NCBI GenBank assembly: GCA_045594705.1
Contig: JAZNZB010000038.1
Span: forward strand, 20,234 to 84,233
Direction of reading: 5' to 3'
From: Eubacteriales bacterium
Lineage (GTDB): Bacteria > Bacillota > Clostridia > Oscillospirales > CAG-272
Length of the DNA: 64,000 bases
Shown here: in pieces, positions 1 to 7,203 of the stretch
Numbering within the stretch: the first letter of the stretch is position 1
Layout of the letters: every line of letters starts with the position of its first letter
Position numbers and translations under genes: made by a program
The notes under the pieces: model-generated
What the model saw: only the letters and a program-made list of their open reading frames with translations
What the model was told of the DNA's origin: nothing
The model's database searches: none

Positions 1-118
1 CAGCCTCCGGAGTGGTCTGCTCATCACCTGTGCTACCGGGATCGCATGCAGCAAACTGCAGCAGCATCACAAAGCAAAGGCAGAGTGCAAAAACAGAAAT
101 GAGTTTTTTTGCATTCAT
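1..118 (-). CDS. N-terminal fragment of a putative lipoprotein (gene continues past the window start)
   Basis: Minus-strand ATG at 118 reads MNAKKLISVFALCLCFVMLLQFAAC-DPGSTGDEQTTPEA: basic n-region, hydrophobic core, FAAC lipobox. Preceded by a canonical promoter at 152-180. Absent from the ORF track because it is truncated. Confidence 0.55.
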   Translation of the reverse strand, partial: MNAKKLISVFALCLCFVMLLQFAACDPGSTGDEQTTPEA

Positions 119-151
119 GGGAATCATTCCTTTCGTTGGTGTAATACATAT

Positions 152-180
152 ATTATACTACATAATTCTCTATTTGTCAA
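152..180 (-). promoter_or_regulatory. sigma-A type promoter (TTGACA-N17-TATAAT)
   Basis: Minus strand reads TTGACA aatagagaattatgtag TATAAT, about 35 nt upstream of the ATG at 118. Confidence 0.55.
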
Positions 181-257
181 TAAAGCCATATACGCATATC
201 CTCTGTATATTGATATAATCCATAAAATGAAAAAACCAAAAAAGTGCAAATATCACA

Positions 258-290
258 ACAAAAAGGGCTGACAACCAGCGTCAGCCCTTT
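258..290 (-). terminator. Rho-independent terminator of paralog A
   Basis: GGGCTGAC/GTCAGCCC stem (265-272 / 280-287) followed on the minus strand by TTTTTTG, directly after the stop at 304. Confidence 0.75.
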
Positions 291-303
291 GAAATCCATA
301 GGA

Positions 304-1839
304 TCAGTCTCTCTTTTTTGCAACGAATGCAACGCCCAGCAGTGCGATCAGTGCAGCTGCGGGAGCTGCTACGACAGCGCCGCAACCGGACTTTTCAGCC
401 TCGGTGGTCTGCTCTTGGCTCTCAGTCTCGCTTTGGTCTGCCGAAGGCTCTTCCGTTTCGGGAGCATCGGTCTTTGGAGGCTTGGTTTCCTTTTCGGTCG
501 TCTCGGGCAATGCACCAAGCAGATCGATCAGATAATCCTTTGCATACTGCTCTGCGTCCTCGATGGTGCGGAAGCATGCAATGTACGCAATGTCGTAGTG
601 CTTCAATTCCTCGTCAGTATTGTTCACGTTCTGAATATCCATACGGATCATATTGACTCTGCCCTGCCAATCAAGGTCGTCGGTCAGATCCAGAACACCC
701 ATGCACCATTCATCGCCAAAATCATATTCGGCAATATCGATCTCACAGCTGCAATCGGGCTGTGCACTCAGATTCTTGCCTGCACTGTAGAAAACAAGGC
801 CGGATTCAGCATAGCAGGCTCTTGTGAGAATCGCGATCACGGGGAAATCTGCAGCCTCATAGGACACGGCCACCTTGGGAGAGAAAATGATATAACCCGA
901 AGCGGTCAGCGCGGTTGCCTTCATCGTACCGTCCTCGTTGACGGCAAGGTCGATATTCGAGCTCTGGAACTGGTTGAACTGCTCCTTGGCAGAATTCCAG
1001 ATCAATGCAGGCTGACCTTCGGGAACGGTGGAAGAATCCGCGATAGGCGCAAAGTTGTTGCGGTTTTCCTCGGGCTCCATGCTGTCCTCACCAAAAGGAA
1101 CCTCGCCCTGGAACTTGCTGATGTTCGCTCCGATGGAAGAACCGGACTCGGTAGAATAGAAGGAAATACCCACGTATGCACCGTCTGCGCAGTAAGTATC
1201 CAGAGTCTCGTCCGCTAACTTGGTCACGTCCTCAAACTTGGTTCCGCACAGATAGAAGGCATAGCCCGTACCTGTATACTCTACCTCAAAGGTATAGGTT
1301 TCCTGTCCCTGCTCGTTGACCGGGATAGTGACTTGCTGCTGGCTGAACAGCGTGTATCCTCTGTCGTCATTGAGATAGTGGAACTGCGCAACAGCAGCGC
1401 CTTCGCCTGCTCCGCGGATCAGCACGGAAACGCCCTCGCCGTATCCCTTCTGACCGGGTGCGAAGATCTCTTTGCTGTGCAGAGAGATGCCAACCCAGTG
1501 GTCACTGCCTTCATAAGCAAAATCGGTTACGGTGAATTCCAAGGAAATGGATCTGCCGTTACCTGCTGCGTTGGTATCCTTGAGATTATAGGGGGTCTTG
1601 GTATGAATGTGGGTATAGGGGGTGTTATTGGTATAGTCTGCAGAATCCAACACAAGGCCCTTGTCTACTTCATAGTGAAAACCGCAATAAGGTCTGTAGC
1701 TATCGGGATCCTGATAGTCGTCCGCAGCGCGGGTTGCAACCCAGTCACCTTCAACCGCTGCTGCACCGGGAATGATCATCACGGACGCAACGGACAGAAT
1801 CATCACTGCTGTCAAAGCCAAAACAAGAATTTTTTTCAT
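304..1839 (-). CDS. Secreted, C-terminally anchored two-domain protein, uncharacterised family (paralog A)
   Basis: 511-aa ORF with GGAG RBS. Signal peptide MKKILVLALTAVMILSVASVMIIPGAAA, mature start VEGDWVATRAADDY. Blocks shared with the three neighbours (LIRGAG, KFQGEVPFGEDS, SYEAADFP, DIAYIACFRTIEDAEQYAKDY), P/T/E linker, tail EKSGCGAVVAAPAAALIALLGVAFVAKKRD. Confidence 0.9.
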   Translation of the reverse strand: MKKILVLALTAVMILSVASVMIIPGAAAVEGDWVATRAADDYQDPDSYRPYCGFHYEVDKGLVLDSADYTNNTPYTHIHTKTPYNLKDTNAAGNGRSISLEFTVTDFAYEGSDHWVGISLHSKEIFAPGQKGYGEGVSVLIRGAGEGAAVAQFHYLNDDRGYTLFSQQQVTIPVNEQGQETYTFEVEYTGTGYAFYLCGTKFEDVTKLADETLDTYCADGAYVGISFYSTESGSSIGANISKFQGEVPFGEDSMEPEENRNNFAPIADSSTVPEGQPALIWNSAKEQFNQFQSSNIDLAVNEDGTMKATALTASGYIIFSPKVAVSYEAADFPVIAILTRACYAESGLVFYSAGKNLSAQPDCSCEIDIAEYDFGDEWCMGVLDLTDDLDWQGRVNMIRMDIQNVNNTDEELKHYDIAYIACFRTIEDAEQYAKDYLIDLLGALPETTEKETKPPKTDAPETEEPSADQSETESQEQTTEAEKSGCGAVVAAPAAALIALLGVAFVAKKRD

Positions 1840-1878
1840 TTTGTCTCTCCTTGAATAGGAATTATTGAATACACATTT

Positions 1879-1907
1879 ATTATATCACTTTTTCATTTTT
1901 CTGTAAA
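1879..1907 (-). promoter_or_regulatory. sigma-A type promoter of paralog A (TTTACA-N17-TATAAT, TG-extended -10)
   Basis: Minus strand: CACCATTTACA gaaaaatgaaaaagtga TATAAT. The same layout precedes all four paralogs. Confidence 0.6.
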
Positions 1908-1943
1908 TGGTGACATTCCACAAATATGTGTCCCCGTTTCGTG

Positions 1944-1980
1944 CAAAATAACAAGGGCTGACGCCAAAGCGTCAGCCCTT
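1944..1980 (-). terminator. Rho-independent terminator of paralog B
   Basis: AAGGGCTGACGC/GCGTCAGCCCTT stem (1953-1964 / 1969-1980) followed by a T-rich tract on the minus strand, after the stop at 1995. Confidence 0.7.
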
Positions 1981-1994
1981 AAAATAGTGATATC

Positions 1995-3542
1995 TTAGTC
2001 CTTCTTTTTTGCAACGAATGCAACGCCGACAAATGCAACCAGTGCTGCAACGGGAGCGATCGCTACAGACTTGCAGCCGCCGGACTGCTCTGCATCGGTG
2101 GAAACTTCCTCGGAGGGAATCTCTTCGGTGGGAGCATCGGTCTTTGCCTCAGTCGTGGGAGCTTCGGTGGTGGGCTCTTCGGTAGGCTTTTCGGTGGTCT
2201 CGGGCAGCTTGCCAAGCAGTGCTACAAGAGTATCCTTTGCATACTGCTCTGCTTCCTCGGCAGAACGGAATGCACCGAAGAATGCAATGTCAAAGCTCTT
2301 CATAGAATCATCTGTGTAATCGATGTTATAGAAGTCGAGACGGAGACCGTTCATCTTTCCTTCCCAGTCGGGGTCTTCGTTCAAGTCAACAATAGACATG
2401 CCCCAGCCTTCGCCAAGATCGACCTCATACATGTCGAAATCACAGTAGTTCTGCGAGCCAACGCCCAGCGTCTTACCTGACATATAGTAGAATCTTCCGG
2501 ATTCTGCATTACAGTTCTTGTAAAGAACAGCAAGATACGGGAAATCGGATGCCTCATAGGTATAATCCATGTTAGGTCCGAAGTTAATGTAGGGAGAAGG
2601 AGCGTTGGCGGCAATGGTTACTATACCGTTTTCCTGAATGGTATAATCACCGTTGCTGAGAGAAACCTTATCATACTGCTCCATCTTACCATCCCACTTG
2701 ATTGCGGGCTGACCCGCGGGAACGTTGGAGGAATCAATGATCTCCGCAACCTTAGTAACGTTGGGTTCGGGCTCAGCACTATCTTCACCATAAGGAACAT
2801 CGCCCTGGAACTCAGTAATCAAGAAAGATGCAGGGGTTTCGATCTCCTGGGTCATAAGAGTGATGCCGAGGTATGCACCGTCAGCGCACTTTTCGTCCAA
2901 AATTCTGTTGAGCTCGCCGGTAGAATCGGAGAACTCAGTGCCGCAAAGGTTCATTACATACTCGCTGCCATTATGTCTGATCGAGAAGGAATATTCCTCC
3001 TGGCCGGCTTCATTGAGTGTGGGATAGACAGTGCCTTCGGTAAACATCTTGAAGATGTTGTTGTCCTGGTCTACGTAGCAGGGCTGACCCGTAGTAGCGC
3101 CGTTACCAAAACCACGCATCAGGATGCAGAGGCCGGAACCGTAATTGGTGTTACCCTGTGCAACCTTATCCTCGCTGTTAAGGGTGATTGCGATCCAGTG
3201 GTCACAGTCGCCATACGCATACTCGGTAATGGTAAACTTAACAGAAAGCGCGTTTCCGTTACCGTCAGCATCGGGGTCCTTCAAATTATAGGGCTTTCTC
3301 GTATTGACTTGCACGTAAGGTGCGCAGTTAGTAAAGTCTGGCGAAATGACTTGGAATCCCTCGGTGGTATACTTGTAACCGGCAGCGGGGGTGTAGTGTT
3401 CCTCATCTTCGTAACCGTCGGCAGATCTCGTTGTAATAAAATCACCTTCAACAAGCTCTGCAGCAGAGGTGGTGGTTGCAAGTACAGTCAGTGTAGAAAT
3501 AGCCATGGTCAGTACAAGCAACATAGTCATCAATTTTTTCAT
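1995..3542 (-). CDS. Secreted, C-terminally anchored two-domain protein, uncharacterised family (paralog B)
   Basis: Start moved to the internal ATG at 3542 (MKKLMTMLLVLTMAIS...), which has an AGGAG RBS and a promoter at 3588-3616. Signal peptide, mature LVEGDFITTRSADGYEDE, family blocks, tail EQSGGCKSVAIAPVAALVAFVGVAFVAKKKD. Confidence 0.9.
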   Translation of the reverse strand: MKKLMTMLLVLTMAISTLTVLATTTSAAELVEGDFITTRSADGYEDEEHYTPAAGYKYTTEGFQVISPDFTNCAPYVQVNTRKPYNLKDPDADGNGNALSVKFTITEYAYGDCDHWIAITLNSEDKVAQGNTNYGSGLCILMRGFGNGATTGQPCYVDQDNNIFKMFTEGTVYPTLNEAGQEEYSFSIRHNGSEYVMNLCGTEFSDSTGELNRILDEKCADGAYLGITLMTQEIETPASFLITEFQGDVPYGEDSAEPEPNVTKVAEIIDSSNVPAGQPAIKWDGKMEQYDKVSLSNGDYTIQENGIVTIAANAPSPYINFGPNMDYTYEASDFPYLAVLYKNCNAESGRFYYMSGKTLGVGSQNYCDFDMYEVDLGEGWGMSIVDLNEDPDWEGKMNGLRLDFYNIDYTDDSMKSFDIAFFGAFRSAEEAEQYAKDTLVALLGKLPETTEKPTEEPTTEAPTTEAKTDAPTEEIPSEEVSTDAEQSGGCKSVAIAPVAALVAFVGVAFVAKKKD

Positions 3543-3587
3543 TCTAACTTCACTCCTTTTCTCATAAAAGTTATCGATTACTATTAT

Positions 3588-3616
3588 ATTATATCTCTTA
3601 AAATTAATTATGTAAA
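3588..3616 (-). promoter_or_regulatory. sigma-A type promoter of paralog B
   Basis: Minus strand: CACTATTTACA taattaattttaagaga TATAAT. Confidence 0.6.
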
Positions 3617-3664
3617 TAGTGAACCTACACAAATATTCTGACGCAAAACTATAAAATAATACAA

Positions 3665-3694
3665 TAAAAAAGGGGCTGCCGAAATCGGCAGCCC
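3665..3694 (-). terminator. Rho-independent terminator of paralog C
   Basis: GGGCTGCCGA/TCGGCAGCCC stem followed by TTTTTT on the minus strand, after the stop at 3721. Confidence 0.75.
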
Positions 3695-3720
3695 AAACGG
3701 TTAATAAATTCAGTCAAGAA

Positions 3721-5280
3721 TCAGTCCTTCTTTTTTGCAACGAATGCAACACCGAGAAGTGCGATCAGTGCAACTGCGGGAGCGATGACTACGGACTTGC
3801 ATCCACCGGACTGTTCAGCATCGGTGGTAGCTTCCTCGGAAGGATTCTCTTCCGTAGGAGCATCGGTCTTTGCCTCGGTCGTGGGAGCTTCGGTGGTAGG
3901 CTCTTCGGTAGGCTTTTCAGTCGTCTCGGGCATCTTGCCAAGCAGAGCAATCAGATAATCCTTTGCGTACTGAACGGCTTCCTCTTCGGTGCGGAATGCT
4001 GCAAAGAAAGCAACGTCAAAGTTTGCAGTTTCTTCATCGGTATAATCCACATCTTTGAAGTCAAGTCTCATACCATTGATTCTGCCCTCCCATTCGGGAT
4101 CATCCGTCAGGTCAAGAACAGACAGACCCCAGCCTTCGCCAAAGTCATAATCGTCATACATGATATCCATCAGGCAATCGGAATTTGCACCCAGGGTTCT
4201 GCCGGAATAGTAATACATCTGTCCATCGAGATCTAAGCAATTTCTGGTCAAAGCAACAACGATCGGGAAATCGGAAGCTTCGTAAGAAATATCGTTTTTG
4301 AGGTTGAAACTGATGTAAGGACCGGTACCGTTTGCTTTCAGGGATACAATACCGCTTTCCTGAACTGTATAGTCAGCATTGGAAACAGAAATCTTATCAT
4401 AATACTCAGCCTTACCATCCCAAATAACAGCAGGCTGGCCTGCGGGAACGGTTGAGGAATCAGCGATCTCAGCAAAATTCTTCACGTTAGCTTCGGGATC
4501 TGCACTGTCTTCACCGTAAGGAACAGCGCCCTGGAATTCAGTGATCACAAAGGATGCGGGAGTTTCGATCTCGGTGGTCATCAGAGTAATACCGAGATAT
4601 GCACCTTCAGCACACTGCTCGTCAAAAACTCTATCCAGATTTCCGTCGGGATCGGAAAATTCAACACCGCACAGATTCATCACGTATTTGGTGCCGTCAT
4701 GCTTGATCGAGAAGGTATATTCTTCCTGGCCGTCATCGTTCAAAGTAGGATTGATCTGGCCCTGCGTGAAGAGAGAGAACTTATTGTTCTCTTTGTCAGA
4801 ATAGTGAGGCTGTCCGGTAGCAGCACCGTTACCTGCACCGCGGATCAGAATGCAAAGGCCGGAGCCGTAAGCGGGATTACCCTGGGTTGCAGTAGGCTCG
4901 CTGTTGAGAGTGATAGCGATCCACTCGTCCTTGTTGTTGTACTCGCCGCCATAAGCGAATTCCTGAACGGTGAATTTTACGGAAAGCGCATTGCCGTTCT
5001 CATCAGCATTAGGTGCCTTGAGATCATATGCTTCTTTTGTATGCGCTTGAATGTAGGGGCTGCAATTGGTAAAATCGGGAGCAACCGTCTGGAAGCCCTC
5101 GGTTGTATACGTGTAGCCTGCAGCGGGCGTATAATCGGTAACACCCTCTTCGTATGCATCGCCTGCTCTGGAGGTTACCCAGTCGCCTTCTACCTCGGCT
5201 GCATTTGCGGGGATTGCCAGAACAGTCATAGTTGCCAGCAACAGACACATTGCGAGCATGATTGTCAATAATTTTTTCAT
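3721..5280 (-). CDS. Secreted, C-terminally anchored two-domain protein, uncharacterised family (paralog C)
   Basis: Start moved to ATG at 5280 (MKKLLTIMLAMCLLLATMTVLAIPANA) with AGGAG RBS. Mature EVEGDWVTSRAGDAYEE, family blocks, tail EQSGGCKSVVIAPAVALIALLGVAFVAKKKD. Confidence 0.9.
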   Translation of the reverse strand: MKKLLTIMLAMCLLLATMTVLAIPANAAEVEGDWVTSRAGDAYEEGVTDYTPAAGYTYTTEGFQTVAPDFTNCSPYIQAHTKEAYDLKAPNADENGNALSVKFTVQEFAYGGEYNNKDEWIAITLNSEPTATQGNPAYGSGLCILIRGAGNGAATGQPHYSDKENNKFSLFTQGQINPTLNDDGQEEYTFSIKHDGTKYVMNLCGVEFSDPDGNLDRVFDEQCAEGAYLGITLMTTEIETPASFVITEFQGAVPYGEDSADPEANVKNFAEIADSSTVPAGQPAVIWDGKAEYYDKISVSNADYTVQESGIVSLKANGTGPYISFNLKNDISYEASDFPIVVALTRNCLDLDGQMYYYSGRTLGANSDCLMDIMYDDYDFGEGWGLSVLDLTDDPEWEGRINGMRLDFKDVDYTDEETANFDVAFFAAFRTEEEAVQYAKDYLIALLGKMPETTEKPTEEPTTEAPTTEAKTDAPTEENPSEEATTDAEQSGGCKSVVIAPAVALIALLGVAFVAKKKD

Positions 5281-5320
5281 GTTTTTTCTCCTTTCCTTAT
5301 GAAATAATTCTGACTTAATT

Positions 5321-5349
5321 ATTATAACATCAATCCACACCGCTGTAAA
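5321..5349 (-). promoter_or_regulatory. sigma-A type promoter of paralog C
   Basis: Minus strand: CACTATTTACA gcggtgtggattgatgt TATAAT. Confidence 0.6.
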
Positions 5350-5404
5350 TAGTGAATTTGAACAAATCAGCCTTCTCTAAAACAACACTTTCAACAATGA
5401 CATA

Positions 5405-5429
5405 GGGGCAGTCGCGATGCGACTGCCCC
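5405..5429 (-). terminator. Hairpin terminator of paralog D
   Basis: GGGGCAGTCGC/GCGACTGCCCC perfect stem after the stop at 5459. The trailing T tract is weak. Confidence 0.55.
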
Positions 5430-5458
5430 TGATTCGGGTCACTATATTCAGTTATGAA

Positions 5459-7048
5459 TTAGTCCTTCTTCTTTGCTACGAAAGCAACGCCCAGAAGAGC
5501 AACCAGAGCTACTACGGGAGCAGCAATGATGGAGCCGCAGCCGGACTTTTCAGCCTCGGTGGTAGCTTCCTCGGTGGGAGCCTCAGTGGAGGGAGCGGTG
5601 GTTGCGGGAGCATCGGTAGTGGGAGCCTCGGTCTGTTCCTCAGTGGTGGGTTCCTCAGTGGTAACTTCTTCTGCATTGTAGCCCTTAGAGGTCAGCCAAG
5701 CCTGGGTGTAAGCGGTAGCCTCTTCAACGGAGCGGAATGCGCCGTAGAAAGCGATATCGAAGTTGTTGTACTCTTCGTTGGTAATATCGTCTGCATCAAA
5801 GTCGTAACCAATACGGATGCTGTTGATTCTGCCTTCCCAACCACCAATAGCGGTCTCATCATCATCGTCGGTGTAATCGGAGAAGTCAATGATACCCATG
5901 GTCCAGCCGCCACCGAAGTCATACTCGGTGGGATCCCAGGTTTCGCTGTAGGTGTTCTCAGCGCTCAGGATGTCACCTGCGCAGTAGTAAACGTTACCCT
6001 GGTTAGCCCAGCAGTTTCTGGTCAGAACTGCGATGTAGGGGAAGTCAGCTGCTTCGTAGGAAACCTCGGACTTAACGCCCAACGTGATATAGGGGGACTG
6101 AGTCTGTGCGGTAACCTTAACGGAACCGTCCTCGTTGATCTCGTGTACGCCACCTGCTACGCTGATCTTTCTGAAGTCTCTGAGGGTAGAATCCCACAGA
6201 ACTGCAGGCTCGTTAGCGGGGATGTTTTCGGAGGGAGCGATGGGAGCCTTAGCACGGAGGTCCTCTTCGGGAACTGCGGAGTCGTCACCTACAGGGATAT
6301 CGCCCTGCCACTCGGTGATAGCAAAGGAAATCTTCGAATCAGCAACACCGGTCTGAGTGCAGATATTTACATAGCAGCCTTCAGCAAACACTTCATCAAA
6401 GTGAGCGTTCATCTTATCGTCGCCAACAAATTCGTGACCGTTTACAGCAACTACGTAGCCGCCATCAGCATACTTAACAGTGAAGGTGTACTCTTCCTGA
6501 TCATTGTCGTTCATAGGAACTTCAATCGTGGGGAAAGCAGCAGTAAGAGGAACCCAGTTAGCGTCCTTATCAACGTAGAAGGGCTGAGCCTGGGCGGAGC
6601 CGTAGCCGCCGCCACGAATCAGAATGCAAAGACCCTCGCCGTATTCAGCACTGGGGGGAGCAGACATATTGCCGCTGGACAGGTTGAAGGAGATCCACTG
6701 GTCCTTGCCTTCGCCGCCGTCATAAGCGTACTCAAGAATGGTCATCTTGAGGTTAACGGAATAACCGTTACCATCGTTATTAGCCTTGAGATCTACAGGG
6801 TTCTTGAGGTGTACCTGAACGAAGGGAGTATTGTTGGGAGCGTACTCGGGAGGATCAACAACAAAGCCCAGTTCGGGATCGTAGTGGTAGCCAGCTGCGG
6901 GGCAGTAGCTGCCTTCGTCTTCATAGTCGTCAGCACTTCTGGAGGTTACCCAGTCACCTTCGAGCGCTGCGGAGGTAGAAACTACCATAGCAGCTGCCAG
7001 GGACAGAACCATCAGAGAAGCGAGCAGCACGGAAAGAAATCTTTTCAT
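5459..7048 (-). CDS. Secreted, C-terminally anchored two-domain protein, uncharacterised family (paralog D)
   Basis: 529-aa ORF, AGGAG RBS. Signal peptide MKRFLSVLLASLMVLSLAAAMVVSTSAA, mature LEGDWVTSRSADDYEDE, family blocks (LIRGGG, EWQGDIPVGDDS, SYEAADFP, FDIAFYGAFRSVEEATAY), tail EKSGCGSIIAAPVVALVALLGVAFVAKKKD. Confidence 0.9.
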   Translation of the reverse strand: MKRFLSVLLASLMVLSLAAAMVVSTSAALEGDWVTSRSADDYEDEGSYCPAAGYHYDPELGFVVDPPEYAPNNTPFVQVHLKNPVDLKANNDGNGYSVNLKMTILEYAYDGGEGKDQWISFNLSSGNMSAPPSAEYGEGLCILIRGGGYGSAQAQPFYVDKDANWVPLTAAFPTIEVPMNDNDQEEYTFTVKYADGGYVVAVNGHEFVGDDKMNAHFDEVFAEGCYVNICTQTGVADSKISFAITEWQGDIPVGDDSAVPEEDLRAKAPIAPSENIPANEPAVLWDSTLRDFRKISVAGGVHEINEDGSVKVTAQTQSPYITLGVKSEVSYEAADFPYIAVLTRNCWANQGNVYYCAGDILSAENTYSETWDPTEYDFGGGWTMGIIDFSDYTDDDDETAIGGWEGRINSIRIGYDFDADDITNEEYNNFDIAFYGAFRSVEEATAYTQAWLTSKGYNAEEVTTEEPTTEEQTEAPTTDAPATTAPSTEAPTEEATTEAEKSGCGSIIAAPVVALVALLGVAFVAKKKD

Positions 7049-7103
7049 GATGAAAATCTCCTTTGATAAAAATAGTTTTGGTATCGCATATATGCGCAGT
7101 ATT

Positions 7104-7132
7104 ATTATAGCACAATTGTCAAATTCCGTAAA
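7104..7132 (-). promoter_or_regulatory. sigma-A type promoter of paralog D
   Basis: Minus strand: GCCTATTTACG gaatttgacaattgtgc TATAAT. Confidence 0.55.
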
Positions 7133-7203
7133 TAGGCACTTTTACGAAAAATCACTTAATTTACTGGTATTATTGCACAAAACAAGTTCACATCGGCATC
7201 ACA

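Noticed and set aside
12-218. 68-aa plus-strand ORF at the window start
   Set aside because: It has no RBS and overlaps a better minus-strand reading (lipoprotein signal peptide with a canonical promoter at 152-180).
2120-2215. Pro/Thr/Glu linker-coding DNA (also 3846-3940 and 5540-5660) as non-coding tandem repeats
   Set aside because: The periodicity is only loose codon-level repetition within an open reading frame. It encodes the expected extended linker between the globular domain and the anchor.
5417-7066. 549-aa plus-strand ORF, with similar ORFs at 244-1218, 2973-3641 and 4699-5271, opposite the four paralog genes
   Set aside because: These are antisense shadows. Their products are low-complexity Gly/Ser/Val/Leu strings with no RBS or promoter. 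The minus-strand frames have signal peptides, RBSs, promoters, terminators and four-fold paralog conservation.
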